Part shown: piece by piece, positions 1 to 9,558 of the stretch
Position numbering within the stretch: position 1 is the first letter of the stretch
Layout: every line of letters begins with the position of its first letter
NCBI RefSeq assembly: GCF_000039765.1
Contig: NC_004460.2
Location: forward strand, 960,001-992,000
Reading direction: 5' to 3'
Length of the DNA stretch: 32,000 nt
Source: Vibrio vulnificus CMCP6
Lineage (GTDB): Bacteria; Pseudomonadota; Gammaproteobacteria; Enterobacterales; Vibrionaceae
Made by a program: the position numbers and the translations under genes
The notes under the pieces: generated by a model
Seen by the model: the letters and a program-made list of their open reading frames with translations, nothing else
Databases searched by the model: none
What the model was told of the DNA's origin: nothing

Positions 1-274
1 TCAAGTCTCCCTTTTTCACCATTTGGTTATGATCGACAAACACCTGCTCCACCTCTTGACCAATCAGCGGACTTAACACCGCATGAGGCGCCTTCACGGT
101 GGTACTGTTGGTTAGGTCCGCCGGAGACCAAAAGCGATGCGCCGTAAACAAGGCTAAGGCAATCAATACCCCTGTGCCAACAATGATTACCGCATTCCTT
201 AATGTCCACTTAACCAGCCCTGTTTTTACCAACAACCAGCAGATGAACACATAAGGCAACATGATTTCTTTCAT
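1..274 (-). CDS. HlyD-family membrane-fusion/secretion protein (YiaV/AaeA-like), N-terminal fragment running off the window
   Basis: A reverse-strand ATG at 274..272 sits 4 nt after the stop of the 278..784 ORF. It opens a stop-free frame to the window edge: MKEIMLPYVFICWLLVKTGLVKWTLRNAVIIVGTGVLIALALFTAHRFWSPADLTNSTTVKAPHAVLSPLIGQEVEQVFVDHNQMVKKGDL. The pattern is one N-terminal TM helix followed by the 'V..V.V..n..VkkGd.L' hairpin typical of HlyD adaptors, resembling E. coli YiaV as I recall it. This frame is absent from the ORF track; track ORF 27..209 is in a different frame. Confidence 0.7.
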   Translation of the reverse strand, partial: MKEIMLPYVFICWLLVKTGLVKWTLRNAVIIVGTGVLIALALFTAHRFWSPADLTNSTTVKAPHAVLSPLIGQEVEQVFVDHNQMVKKGDL

Positions 275-277
275 CGC

Positions 278-784
278 TTACTCCTTAACGCTGGTGCGGG
301 GCTGGACGCCATTACGAATGATATTAGAGAGCTCTTTGGCCAACACATCCCAACGTGCAAACGCAATAATGATCGCCAACACCCACCACGCTTTATCGAC
401 AAACAACCCGCACAGTGATAACGCAAAGACCAGTTGCGTGTGCGCACTCGACATTTCAGAGGCTCGATGAACAGCCACTTCGTGTAAACGCCAAAAAAGA
501 TAAACCACATAGATAAGGACGGCGACGGTGACAAAGAAAATGAATCCCATAAAGATCTCAGAATCCAACAGGCGCAATATGCTCGGATAGCCATGAGAAA
601 AATAGCTTTCAGGCAAGTCTTTACCGTGAATGGCCCCCAATTTGGATAGCGCAAGTGACGAGCCGACTAACGTGCCAATCACCAATAGGGCTTTAAAAAT
701 AAACCGTAGGGTGCCCATAACGAACCTTGTTATTTTGCTGCCTAGACCTTCCTTTGGCGCTAGGGTTTCTGCAGAGGTAGACAT
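278..784 (-). CDS. small inner-membrane protein, tentatively YiaW/DUF3302-like
   Basis: 168-aa ORF with several hydrophobic helices (LLVIGTLVGSSLAL, MGFIFFVTVAVLIYVVYLF, LVFALSLCGLF, WWVLAIIIAF). It lies immediately upstream of, and nearly abuts, the HlyD-like gene, matching the yiaW-yiaV gene order. An alternative ATG at 718 is possible. Confidence 0.6.
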   Translation of the reverse strand: MSTSAETLAPKEGLGSKITRFVMGTLRFIFKALLVIGTLVGSSLALSKLGAIHGKDLPESYFSHGYPSILRLLDSEIFMGFIFFVTVAVLIYVVYLFWRLHEVAVHRASEMSSAHTQLVFALSLCGLFVDKAWWVLAIIIAFARWDVLAKELSNIIRNGVQPRTSVKE

Positions 785-912
785 GATGTAGAGCCTTGTT
801 TTATTGGTATATTGAGCGGCACATTTTACAAAACTCGCCCAGTCAATTCGGAATTTTCGCTATTCCAAACCTTGGGCGTTTTTTGCACTTTTCTTGATTT
901 AACGTCAGGAAG

Positions 913-943
913 TGAAAAATCCCTCAACCGAAGTTGAGGGATT
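913..943 (-). terminator. rho-independent terminator of the sulfatase gene
   Basis: Hairpin aatccctcaac-cgaa-gttgagggatt (918..943), followed on the minus strand by a T-run (plus-strand gaaaaa at 914..919). It lies 16 nt downstream of the stop at 959. Confidence 0.7.
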
Positions 944-958
944 AGGGGTTAGCACTTT

Positions 959-2983
959 CTATGCTTTTTTATTCGGCATTGGAAGAATCTCAAACAAGCC
1001 ATCAAACTCATCTAAACATTCCGACAGTGCTTTTATCAGTTGGGCATCCCCTTTCAGGTTTGCCTTTCCTTCTTTCACTAGCTTATCTAACGTTGTTTTA
1101 CCTAGTACAATTTGCGTTAAGTCGCTCTTACTGATGCTTAGAGTCACATCGGTATTCGGTAACTTATCCACTTGAATATTGGCCATGTTCGCGTTGGACA
1201 CTTCACCGTAGTAATGCTCTTTCAGCTCTGGATGTGATACACCAAAGCGGAAATCCAGCCCCGCTTGCTCTGCTTTCGTCGCGTTGAGCTTCACCGCTAA
1301 GAAATCAAGGAACATACCCGTTGGGGTGTTGGCAATCACATCGGCCGATGCTGCTTTGATCGATGGACGAATTTCTCCGGTTCTCAACTCAACCGCGCCT
1401 TGCAGATACGAGTTGCGCCACGCCATAGTTTCCGACTGGTAGCCTTGCTGTTCAAAGCTGTCAGCTAACGCAAAACGGTATTGGATATTGTTCGGGTCAC
1501 ACTGAACCAAGTCGTTAAATAGCTGCGATGCTTGCTGATATTCCCCTTTGGCGAAGTGTGTTTGCCCCGCTTTGTATAGCGTTTGTGCGCCAGCGGCTTC
1601 GACGTAAACGCACGATTTATCCTGAGTCGCCAGTGGGTTCGTGTTCACCGGGTTCATATCGTGATAGCCAAGATACAAGTTCACCACAGCTCGAGCGTTA
1701 TGGCTGTAGGAGCCATGGTAACCATTGGTGTGCCAGGTTTCTTTTTGCGTTTGAGGCACAATTTTCTCAATCTCACGGCCCACATCGTGAATGGTCACGC
1801 CATGATTTGCTAAGCGCATCGACTGGTTATGAATAAACCCATAGTTGTCGCGCTGCAGGGTCATGTATTGTGAAATCTCATTCACTTCAGTGTGCGGATC
1901 ATTCCACACTGGCGCTGAGTGCGCGGCGTGAATGTTGTCCACCAAACCGCTGTCGACAAAACGCAGTTTCAGCTCGGTGAGGTATTTGGTCCACGCCAAG
2001 GAATCGCGTACTTTCGCACCACGGAAAGTGTAGATGTTATGCATGCCATCGTAAGTCAGCTCTGCGGTATTGAGAGAGCGATACTTAGGAACATAAAGCA
2101 CCATTTCTGCTGGGGCTTCTGCGCCCGGCATGTTGATCGCGTGGAACTTGAGCCCATCAATGGTCAGCTCTTTTTCGCGAGGTTGGATTTCTTGTGTTGG
2201 CGCCACCAACGTGATTTCACCACGAGAGGTGCCTAAGCCAAGCGCATTATCCACGATGCCTTTGGTATTGTTATCGAGAGTGGTGCCGTATTGATAGTTA
2301 GCACGACGACTCATGGCCGTACCCGCGATGATGTTTTCATCCGCCAGCTCTTTAATGAAATCTTTCGGTGCGTAGATCGGCGCACCTTTAACAAAATCGC
2401 CAGAATCAATAATGCTTCTTGAACCACCGAAATGATCAGCGTGCATATGCGAGTAGATCATGCCGGTGATTTTGTGGCCACCCTTCACTTTAGGAAGATG
2501 CTGTTTGGCAAATTCCCACGCCGCTGCCGCCGCTTCGCGTGACAATAGTGGATCGTGAATCACGTAGCCATTGTTGGTGCGGTAAATGGTCATATTCGAG
2601 AGATCAGCACCACGGATTTGATAAACCCCATCCGTCACTTCATACAAGCCGCCGGCAACGTAGTTGAGCATGCCTTGACGCCAAATCGACGGATTCACCG
2701 TCTCTGGCAACTGCTCTACGTTCATTTCTGCCATATAGTGAAAGCGCTGCTTGAGTTCACCGGCTTGATGGCTACCGAATTCGGCAATAAGCCCACGCTG
2801 AGTGCGCTCAAACGCCGAGATATCATGCCAAGGCAACTGTTTTGCCAGTTCAGCGTTGGCTTGTTTTGTGTGGGCCGTTGCTGGCTTACCTTGATAGTTT
2901 TCTAAGCTGGCGTAGTCCGCCGATGCGCCAAAAGAAACCATCAAAGCAAGGGTAAGGGTTGAGGGTACAAAGCGGATATTCAT
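959..2983 (-). CDS. alkyl/aryl-sulfatase, metallo-beta-lactamase fold (SdsA1/YjcS/BDS1 family), secreted
   Basis: 674 aa. Signal peptide MNIRFVPSTLTLALMVSFGASA; MBL metal motif YSHMHADHFGG. Its length and the C-terminal helical/SCP2-like tail (LDFRFGVSHPELKEHYYGEVSNANMANIQ...GDAQLIKALSECLDEFDGLFEILP) are typical of alkyl sulfatases. Confidence 0.9.
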   Translation of the reverse strand: MNIRFVPSTLTLALMVSFGASADYASLENYQGKPATAHTKQANAELAKQLPWHDISAFERTQRGLIAEFGSHQAGELKQRFHYMAEMNVEQLPETVNPSIWRQGMLNYVAGGLYEVTDGVYQIRGADLSNMTIYRTNNGYVIHDPLLSREAAAAAWEFAKQHLPKVKGGHKITGMIYSHMHADHFGGSRSIIDSGDFVKGAPIYAPKDFIKELADENIIAGTAMSRRANYQYGTTLDNNTKGIVDNALGLGTSRGEITLVAPTQEIQPREKELTIDGLKFHAINMPGAEAPAEMVLYVPKYRSLNTAELTYDGMHNIYTFRGAKVRDSLAWTKYLTELKLRFVDSGLVDNIHAAHSAPVWNDPHTEVNEISQYMTLQRDNYGFIHNQSMRLANHGVTIHDVGREIEKIVPQTQKETWHTNGYHGSYSHNARAVVNLYLGYHDMNPVNTNPLATQDKSCVYVEAAGAQTLYKAGQTHFAKGEYQQASQLFNDLVQCDPNNIQYRFALADSFEQQGYQSETMAWRNSYLQGAVELRTGEIRPSIKAASADVIANTPTGMFLDFLAVKLNATKAEQAGLDFRFGVSHPELKEHYYGEVSNANMANIQVDKLPNTDVTLSISKSDLTQIVLGKTTLDKLVKEGKANLKGDAQLIKALSECLDEFDGLFEILPMPNKKA

Positions 2984-3134
2984 AACGTTATCTCTCTTAG
3001 TGCGTTGTTATGGGCATACTTTAGAAAAACAACACATAGAGATACATGCATGAATGTTTATTTAAAACATCACGATTCGCGATACTTCAACACTTCACCT
3101 TATCAAAGAATCCCTCCTAACAGCATAATGCGCG

Positions 3135-3626
3135 TTAGCCCTTGGGCCAGACGCGATCCAAATCTTCCGCATACAAAGCTATGGCTCTTTGATAACCCAG
3201 AATGGCTTGAGATTGGGTCGTCTCCACCAGTAGATTGAGTAGCAACGCGGTCGATTGATGATGTTTGCCCAAGTTATAAAGGCACATTGCGTAGAACGGC
3301 ATCACTTCTCTTCGCTCAGGAAACTCTTGCAGCGTTTTCTCAAACCAGTTCAGTGCATCTTGATAGTCCCCTAAGCTTCTCAATGTACTGGCCAAACCAA
3401 ACAGGGCTTCAAAGCGGTCATCCCCCGTCAAGTTACCTTGTATTGCCGCCAAATAGTGAGGTACCGCTTGTGATTCCAAACCTTGATTATCATAGCTCCA
3501 AGCAATATGGAGATGCGCTAGCGCTTTGTAGTGCGCGTCTTGAAGCAAGGTGGTTAATTGCGCTCGGCTTTGATCGTATTGCCCAGCTTTTCTCAATTGG
3601 ATTGCGGATTGAATCACCTCATCCAT
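3135..3626 (-). CDS. tetratricopeptide-repeat protein
   Basis: 163 aa, all-helical, with repeated TPR-like units (AIQLRKAGQYDQSRAQL; LASTLRSLGDYQDALNWFEKTL; AMCLYNLGKHHQSTALL). Confidence 0.7.
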   Translation of the reverse strand: MDEVIQSAIQLRKAGQYDQSRAQLTTLLQDAHYKALAHLHIAWSYDNQGLESQAVPHYLAAIQGNLTGDDRFEALFGLASTLRSLGDYQDALNWFEKTLQEFPERREVMPFYAMCLYNLGKHHQSTALLLNLLVETTQSQAILGYQRAIALYAEDLDRVWPKG

Positions 3627-3799
3627 GCGAACTCCCCATTATTGTGCTCATCGTTGTTGAATTTTTGAATGATTGCCGTGAAACGAGCAGAGATCATTTT
3701 CCGCCTCCTCTCACAGTTGAGCCAAAACCTTGATTGACTCATCGCTAAAGTTCCATAAAACTTAGCTCAAAACATAACAAACTGCGATGTATTAAGGCC

Positions 3800-4696
3800 A
3801 TGGATAACCCGATCGACTTCAACTTATTGAAAGTATTTGTCACCGTGTATCGCCACCGTTCGATCACCTTGGCGGCTGACGCCATGGGGTTAACCCAGCC
3901 CGGCGTCAGTGGCATTTTAAAACGTCTACAAGAGCAACTTGGCGTCACCCTGTTTACTCGTGATGGCCGTGGAATTGCCCCCACACACCATGCACATGAG
4001 TTGGCTAGACAAGTCGAACCGGCGCTCAGCCAAATTCACAATGCTTTGGAAAGCCTAGAAGCCTTCCGCACCGACACCTACCGCAAGTTTGTCATTTATG
4101 CGCCAGAGCCTTTGATGCTAACACTGCTGCCTAAGATTGAAGGCGATTCGACACTGGGCAAAATCGACATCGAGCTTCAACACATGCCTTACGATGTAGA
4201 CGAACAGTTTACGCGTTTGAACCAACAGCAAGCGGATCTCGCGATTGATTTTGTGCACCATTCAGCCCCTTCTTTCTATTCAGAAAAGCTGATGAATGAT
4301 GAAATTTGCTTGATTGCACGGCGTGGGCACCCGCGTATTCAAGGGGCGATTAGCCGCGATGAGTATTACCAAGAGAAGCACATCACCTTAAAAATGCGTC
4401 GAGAAAATGTCTACCTCGCCGATTACTTTACCGAAGAGTTTCTCAACGTTAGACGGGTTGCGGCGGAATGCGATTCGATGGTGGCGCAGATGTCACTCGT
4501 TGCCACCAGCGATTGCATTGCCATGGTCACCCGCTCATTGGCGGAGCAATTTGCCGAGACACTGGGTTTGCAAGTTCTCCACTCTCCGATGACTGCTATT
4601 CCCATCACCTATCGGCTTCTCATCCATAACCGAGAGATCAACAGCCCTGCCAACCAATGGCTTCGTGAACGACTCAGTCGCTACTTTACTCAGTAA
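3800..4696 (+). CDS. LysR-family transcriptional regulator
   Basis: 298 aa. N-terminal wHTH LLKVFVTVYRHRSITLAADAMGLTQPGVSGILKRLQEQLGVTLFTR, followed by a substrate-binding domain of LysR length. ATG at 3800. Confidence 0.9.
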   Translation: MDNPIDFNLLKVFVTVYRHRSITLAADAMGLTQPGVSGILKRLQEQLGVTLFTRDGRGIAPTHHAHELARQVEPALSQIHNALESLEAFRTDTYRKFVIYAPEPLMLTLLPKIEGDSTLGKIDIELQHMPYDVDEQFTRLNQQQADLAIDFVHHSAPSFYSEKLMNDEICLIARRGHPRIQGAISRDEYYQEKHITLKMRRENVYLADYFTEEFLNVRRVAAECDSMVAQMSLVATSDCIAMVTRSLAEQFAETLGLQVLHSPMTAIPITYRLLIHNREINSPANQWLRERLSRYFTQ

Positions 4697-4716
4697 CGAC
4701 ATTAACTGAGTACTGG

Positions 4717-6357
4717 TTAACTGCGGCACTGGGCAAAAATATCCAGATCACTTTGATAAACCTGAGTTTTCACGTCCATGATGCCAAGCATAGAGTGGAA
4801 CAGGTTATCGTGAGAAAACGCGCCGTGTGTTGCTTCATTGGCTAAGCATTTTCTGTCTAACCCTTTTTCTTTGGCAAAACCGTTGGATGCCCAAAAAAGC
4901 ATCGGCACTTTGGTTTGGTTTTCTGGCGCGAGCGCATACGGCATACCATGCAAAAAGAGCCCATCTTCGCCCAAGGATTCGCCGTGGTCAGAGACATAAA
5001 TCAGCGCGGTGTTAAACTGATTTTGCAGCGCTTTTAACTGTTCAATGGTCTGCGCAATCACGTAGTCGGTATACAAGATGGTGTTGTCGTAACTGTTAAC
5101 GATCTGCTCGACGCTGCAGTTTTCGATGTCAGCACGCGGGCAATCTGGCTGAAACGCGGCCTGTTGCTCCGGGTAACGTCGGAAATAGGTCGGCCCATGG
5201 CTGCCCATGCCATGCAAAAACACCACTCGGTTTCCTTGCATGCCGTCAACTCGTTGTGAGAAGTCTTCCAACATCGCCATGTCGTAACAGGTATTGCCAT
5301 CGCAGAAGGCATTTTTTGCGTTGCGATCCACCACCGTTTTTTGGATGTTGTGCGCTACGCCTTTGTCACCTCCGTCATTTTCAAGCCACAATTGGTCAAC
5401 GTTGGCGCGTTTCAGAATGTCGATAACGTTATCTTGATTGTCCGCCACGCGCTTCGAGTAGTTATCGTGTTTCATTGCAGAAAACATGCAAGGCACCGAT
5501 ACCGCCGTGGCGGTTCCACACGAAGAAACTTGGCTAAATGAGATCACATCAAGATCTTTGGTGTAAGCGTTGGTTGCTCTGGGGTAACCGTTTAACTCAA
5601 AGTTGTTTGAGCGCGCGGTTTCGCCAAGGATGAACACCATCAGCGTTGGCTTTGTTGTCGCTTGTTGTAACGCTTGTGACGACTGCTGCGCATCCTCACC
5701 CAAGACTTGGTATGCCATGGGCTGATAAAAATACGTGCGGTGAACATACTTACCAATGCTGTACACCAATTGAGTGGGAATGATCTCTTGACGAAGATAA
5801 GGGTTGTTACGCCCAACGGACGCGTAATCTTGGTAGTAAAGCCCGGCAATTGCGACAATCACCGCCAGAGAAATCACCATAGAGACAAGCTTGCGGCCAA
5901 TAAATCGCAGCCAAGAGCCGCTTGAGCGAATCGGTGTCACCGCCAGTAGCACAGCCGGTAGTACCCCCATCAAACCGATCCACAGCACAGAATAGGCACT
6001 GAGGTACGCACTCGCCTCGGCAGAGTCCGTCTCGAGAATGTTGGCGATCATATCGGAGTCAAACAAGGTGCCGTAGTTAAAACCCGCATAGCTCGCCGCG
6101 GCAGAAACCAGCAGCAGCACAGCAAAAAAGGGCTTAGTGATCCAAGGCCAACTGAACAGATTAAACAGCAAATTAAACGCCGCAAGAAAGAACAGCGGGA
6201 TCGAAATGACAAAGCCAATCTTAACGCTATCTAAACTACTTAAGATCGAATGCAACGTGGCGTAGATCGGGATGTTAACCAAAAACGCAAAGTAGCTCGC
6301 CAACATCAATGTGATGCCAACATACGAGAAATGGGTATTTTTTAAAATTCGCTGCAT
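4717..6357 (-). CDS. phosphoethanolamine transferase (EptA/EptB/OpgE family: membrane domain plus sulfatase-fold domain)
   Basis: Five N-terminal TM helices, then a sulfatase-type domain (LMVFILGETARS..., SCGTATAVSVPCMF, YVSDHGESLGE, LHGMPY). The track start at 6402 is a GTG. I prefer the ATG at 6357 (MQRILKNTHFSYVG...), which matches the usual EptA N-terminus. The start is uncertain. Confidence 0.85.
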   Translation of the reverse strand: MQRILKNTHFSYVGITLMLASYFAFLVNIPIYATLHSILSSLDSVKIGFVISIPLFFLAAFNLLFNLFSWPWITKPFFAVLLLVSAAASYAGFNYGTLFDSDMIANILETDSAEASAYLSAYSVLWIGLMGVLPAVLLAVTPIRSSGSWLRFIGRKLVSMVISLAVIVAIAGLYYQDYASVGRNNPYLRQEIIPTQLVYSIGKYVHRTYFYQPMAYQVLGEDAQQSSQALQQATTKPTLMVFILGETARSNNFELNGYPRATNAYTKDLDVISFSQVSSCGTATAVSVPCMFSAMKHDNYSKRVADNQDNVIDILKRANVDQLWLENDGGDKGVAHNIQKTVVDRNAKNAFCDGNTCYDMAMLEDFSQRVDGMQGNRVVFLHGMGSHGPTYFRRYPEQQAAFQPDCPRADIENCSVEQIVNSYDNTILYTDYVIAQTIEQLKALQNQFNTALIYVSDHGESLGEDGLFLHGMPYALAPENQTKVPMLFWASNGFAKEKGLDRKCLANEATHGAFSHDNLFHSMLGIMDVKTQVYQSDLDIFAQCRS

Positions 6358-6420
6358 AACAACCAAACTCAATGTGAAATAAAACCAGCGCAGAGCATTC
6401 ACTGCCCTGCGAATGTGCTG

Positions 6421-6921
6421 CTAAGGCAGCATCGATTTGAGATAATTTTTGCGATTCCATTTGCTCATAAAAATCACGGCCGAGACGTGAACTGCAACGG
6501 CCACTAAGGTTAGGTTGGCAAGCACCTCGTGTACTTCCTCTAACCACTCTTCTCCCCAGAAAAGATCGCTCTCGGTCAACCAACCACTGCCTGCGGTTGC
6601 GATGAGCAGGCTCCACAATAGCCAAATCATCACCGCGCCCGCTGGGTTGTGACCAAGGTGCTTATCCTGCCTGTTGCTCACCACTTCTTTTAGGTGGACC
6701 AGCGCGGCTGAAACAGAAGGCAGAAAGCGAGTTAAACGTGCAGGTGACTCCACCACCAGCCCCCAAGCAAGACGAAGGCTCAAACTCAGTAGGATCAAAT
6801 AACCTGCCCAGTGATGCCATTCGCTGCCCTCTTCCAAGACAAAAAAGTTGGCCAAAAACAGCACTGCCACTGTCCAATGGGTTGCTCGCACAACCCAATC
6901 CCATTTAAAGGTGTTAGTCAT
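6421..6921 (-). CDS. cytochrome b561-type membrane protein (Ni/Fe-hydrogenase b-type cytochrome subunit family)
   Basis: 166 aa with 4 TM helices carrying conserved His residues (ATHWTVAVLF, WHHWAGY, GHNPAGA, HEVLANLTLVAVAVHV). The ATG overlaps the stop of the upstream PepSY gene by 8 nt. Confidence 0.75.
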   Translation of the reverse strand: MTNTFKWDWVVRATHWTVAVLFLANFFVLEEGSEWHHWAGYLILLSLSLRLAWGLVVESPARLTRFLPSVSAALVHLKEVVSNRQDKHLGHNPAGAVMIWLLWSLLIATAGSGWLTESDLFWGEEWLEEVHEVLANLTLVAVAVHVSAVIFMSKWNRKNYLKSMLP

Positions 6922-7195
6922 CCAACTCTTCCTTCACTTTGCGCATGTCGGTGGGATCAAAATAGATTTCGACGCGTTTGTTCTCTTTGGTGTGACCATA
7001 CAATTCATAGCAACCGGTTTTGGTCTTTTTGAACACTTTGATTTTGTAACCCATCGCTTCCACTTGAGATTTGGCTTGCTCAAAGTTAATCCACTGCGAT
7101 TCCGGTGCATTCGTGCACTGTGGATCGGCCAATGCACTGGTTGCGCTGCCCATTGAAATCAATGCGATGGTGGTCAAGAGAAGTGTTTTTTTCAT
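6914..7195 (-). CDS. PepSY-domain periplasmic protein
   Basis: 93 aa. Signal peptide MKKTLLLTTIALISMGSATSALA. A small beta-rich domain (GYKIKVFKKTKTGCYELYGHTKENKRVEIYFDP) of the type commonly paired with cytochrome-b proteins. The overlap suggests translational coupling. Confidence 0.7.
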   Translation of the reverse strand: MKKTLLLTTIALISMGSATSALADPQCTNAPESQWINFEQAKSQVEAMGYKIKVFKKTKTGCYELYGHTKENKRVEIYFDPTDMRKVKEELDD

Positions 7196-7319
7196 GATGG
7201 GGTCCTTGTGTGTGCTTCAACAAGGCGAATCATATCGAGCGAAACTTAAGATTGGCTTAAGAAATAAAATGAATGAATAATGAAGGCGGGATGAAAAAGA
7301 GATCAACAAGGAAAAGACT

Positions 7320-7793
7320 GTGGCAACAGAGCAAACTTGCATCATCTGTCAGATTCAACAAAACAAACTGACACATTTTCTTATCGCAGAGCAAGATGGC
7401 TTCAAGGCGGTACTCGATAAATACCCGATTGCAGAAGGACATATTCTGATTCTTAGCCCAAGTCACGCATCTCATTTAGAGCAACTGTCTGACAGTGAAT
7501 ATGCGACTCTCTTTCAATTTGCGCGTGATATTGGGCAGCAAATGTCACATGTCTATGATGGTGTTTGTGATTACAACGTAATCATCAACAACGGCCAATA
7601 TTCAGGCCAACATATTCCCCACGTGCACCTTCATCTGATCCCAAGAAAGAAAGGGGATTCCGTGCACTTTTATTGGCGATTGTTAACGCGGTTTATTAAT
7701 CCTCTGAGCCCGATGAACACACTTGCAAGACTCAAACGCGTTCATCAAAAATGGCAACAGAGGATCTCTATAGTGGACTCTTCAAAGAGTTAA
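7320..7793 (+). CDS. HIT-family (histidine triad) nucleotide hydrolase/transferase
   Basis: 157 aa with GTG start. N-terminal CxxC (CIIC) and the histidine triad HVHLHLIP. Confidence 0.85.
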   Translation: MATEQTCIICQIQQNKLTHFLIAEQDGFKAVLDKYPIAEGHILILSPSHASHLEQLSDSEYATLFQFARDIGQQMSHVYDGVCDYNVIINNGQYSGQHIPHVHLHLIPRKKGDSVHFYWRLLTRFINPLSPMNTLARLKRVHQKWQQRISIVDSSKS

Positions 7794-7803
7794 GAGCGGA
7801 AGA

Positions 7804-8868
7804 CTAAGCATCGTATTTGCGCTTCATTCTTAACGCGACATTGACCAACGCAATCAACACAGGCACCTCGACCAGAGGCCCGATCACGCCAGCAAACGCT
7901 TGGTCTGAATTGAGTCCAAACACCGCAATGGAAACGGCGATCGCAAGCTCGAAATTATTACCAGATGAGGTAAAAGCGATAGAGGCATTTTGATCGTAAG
8001 GCAGCCCTAAGCGCTTGCCGATGTAAAAGCTGGCAAAAAACATCACCATAAAGTAAATCACCAGCGGGATAGCGATTTGGAACACATCCATCGGCAACTC
8101 GATGATCATGTCACCTTTGAGGCTGAACATCAGCACGATGGTGGCGAGCAGCGCAACTAATGTAATGGGCGAAACACGTGGGATAAACACCTCGTTGTAC
8201 CACTGCTCACCTTTGGCGGCGACCAGCCATTTTCGGCTTAAAAAGCCCGCTAAGAATGGGATACCAAGATAGATCAAAACACTTTGTGCGATGTCGAGAA
8301 TCGTCACATCGACCACCACGCTTTCCAAGCCAAAATAGGGCGGAAGCACCGTGATAAACAACCACGCCATAAAGCTGTAGGTAAAAATTTGAAAAGCGCT
8401 GTTCAGCGCTACCAACGTGGCACCGTACTCTTTATTGCCGCCGCTGATGTCATTCCAAACCAGCACCATTGCGATGCAGCGTGCCAAGCCAATTAAAATA
8501 AGCCCGACCATATACCCCGGTTGATCACGCAGGAAAATGATCGCCAAAACGAACATCAAAATTGGCCCGACGATCCAGTTCATCACCAGCGACAAGGTGA
8601 TGGCGCGTTTATCGCGAGTCACTTCACCCAGTAGGCTATAGTTGACCTTAGCCAGTGGCGGATACATCATTAAAATCAACCCAATAGCCAACGGAATATT
8701 GGTCGAGCCCACCGAAAGCGCTTCATTCCACTGCGCGACTTGAGGGAACAGCACACCAATGCCGACCCCCACCGCCATGGCGAGAAAAATCCATAACGTT
8801 AGGTATCGATCAAGAAAGCTCATCTTTTGATAAGCACTGCTCTCTTCACAACTGACGGTCTGGTTCAT
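7804..8868 (-). CDS. acr3: ACR3-family arsenite efflux transporter
   Basis: About 10-TM protein with the ACR3-like N-terminus [23 protein letters not shown] and the [11 protein letters not shown] segment. I chose the ATG at 8868 (RBS AAGAGG 7 nt upstream). The longer track ORF extending to 8934 would overlap arsR. Confidence 0.9.
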   Translation of the reverse strand: MNQTVSCEESSAYQKMSFLDRYLTLWIFLAMAVGVGIGVLFPQVAQWNEALSVGSTNIPLAIGLILMMYPPLAKVNYSLLGEVTRDKRAITLSLVMNWIVGPILMFVLAIIFLRDQPGYMVGLILIGLARCIAMVLVWNDISGGNKEYGATLVALNSAFQIFTYSFMAWLFITVLPPYFGLESVVVDVTILDIAQSVLIYLGIPFLAGFLSRKWLVAAKGEQWYNEVFIPRVSPITLVALLATIVLMFSLKGDMIIELPMDVFQIAIPLVIYFMVMFFASFYIGKRLGLPYDQNASIAFTSSGNNFELAIAVSIAVFGLNSDQAFAGVIGPLVEVPVLIALVNVALRMKRKYDA

Positions 8869-8900
8869 ATCAACCTCTTTCAAATTTGTTCTGGATGCGC

Positions 8901-9248
8901 TTATTGGGCGCAATGACTCACATCGCTGCGGCAAGACTTGCCAAGGATGCTTTCTAGCTCTGATTCAATAAACGCAAAATTGTTTTCCAACGTGGTTTGC
9001 AGCACTTGCTTCATCCAAGGAGCAAGCTGAGGATGGATTTGGTAGTAGACCCATTTACCGCGGCGTTCATCCAACACCAGCTCCTGCTTACGTAGCTCAG
9101 CCAGATGGCGAGAGACTTTCGGTTGGCTTACATCCAGGGCTTCCATCAAATCACAAACACACAACTCCCCGAGCTTTTGCATTAAAAGCAGAGATTTAAG
9201 ACGAGTTTCTTCCGAAAGTGCTTTGTAGAGAAAAACGGGATTAGACAT
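8901..9248 (-). CDS. arsR: ArsR/SmtB-family metalloregulator
   Basis: wHTH with the metal-binding ELCVCDL motif and [16 protein letters not shown]. It lies directly upstream of acr3. I prefer the ATG at 9248 over the GTG at 9257. Confidence 0.85.
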   Translation of the reverse strand: MSNPVFLYKALSEETRLKSLLLMQKLGELCVCDLMEALDVSQPKVSRHLAELRKQELVLDERRGKWVYYQIHPQLAPWMKQVLQTTLENNFAFIESELESILGKSCRSDVSHCAQ

Positions 9249-9280
9249 AGCAAACACTCAATCAAACACATACGGAAAAT

Positions 9281-9303
9281 CATATATATGGAAAAACATA
9301 TGT
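9281..9303. promoter_or_regulatory. candidate ArsR operator (paired short palindromes)
   Basis: catatatatg (9281..9290) and acatatgt (9296..9303) lie 33-55 nt upstream of the arsR start and contain the TCATAT half-site seen in ars operators. There is no experimental basis. Confidence 0.3.
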
Positions 9304-9558
9304 CAAGTTATGCAAGGAGAAAATCGGAAATGAGAGACACCCTGTGTCACTGCACGTCGCCGCTTAGGTATAAGCCGACAACGGTAGAAGCGGGCAATGG
9401 TATAAGCGGTCAATGGTAGCAGGCACTGCTTTGGGTCGAATACGTTCTGGAGTCAACATGCTGACGAATGGCTCACTTTCTCCGCAAATCGGGGTCATGA
9501 TGCGCTTCTGAGCTCTATACTGAGAGAAATAACAGTCATCGAATCCAGAGCAAACTGA

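Noticed and set aside
27-209. 60-aa minus-strand track ORF at the left edge
   Set aside because: It is in a different frame from the stop-free HlyD-like reading frame that starts at 274, and it has no recognisable features.
1528-2905. Plus-strand track ORFs (1528..1836, 1583..1813, 1919..2236, 2555..2905) inside the sulfatase gene
   Set aside because: They are antisense shadows of a high-confidence 674-aa gene, with no RBS or motifs. The same reasoning applies to 11105..11545, 12269..12685, 14296..15765, 16803..17215, 17405..18001, 27165..27546 and 28883..29905.
3005-3984. Track ORFs 3005..3238, 3287..3733 and 3745..3984
   Set aside because: They overlap or lie antisense to the TPR gene and the LysR start, and their sequences show no motifs. 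They are likely non-coding frames.
6275-6625. 116-aa minus-strand ORF, and the GTG-6402 start for the phosphoethanolamine transferase
   Set aside because: The 116-aa ORF overlaps two well-supported genes out of frame. The GTG extension adds 15 residues before the canonical-looking MQRILKN start.
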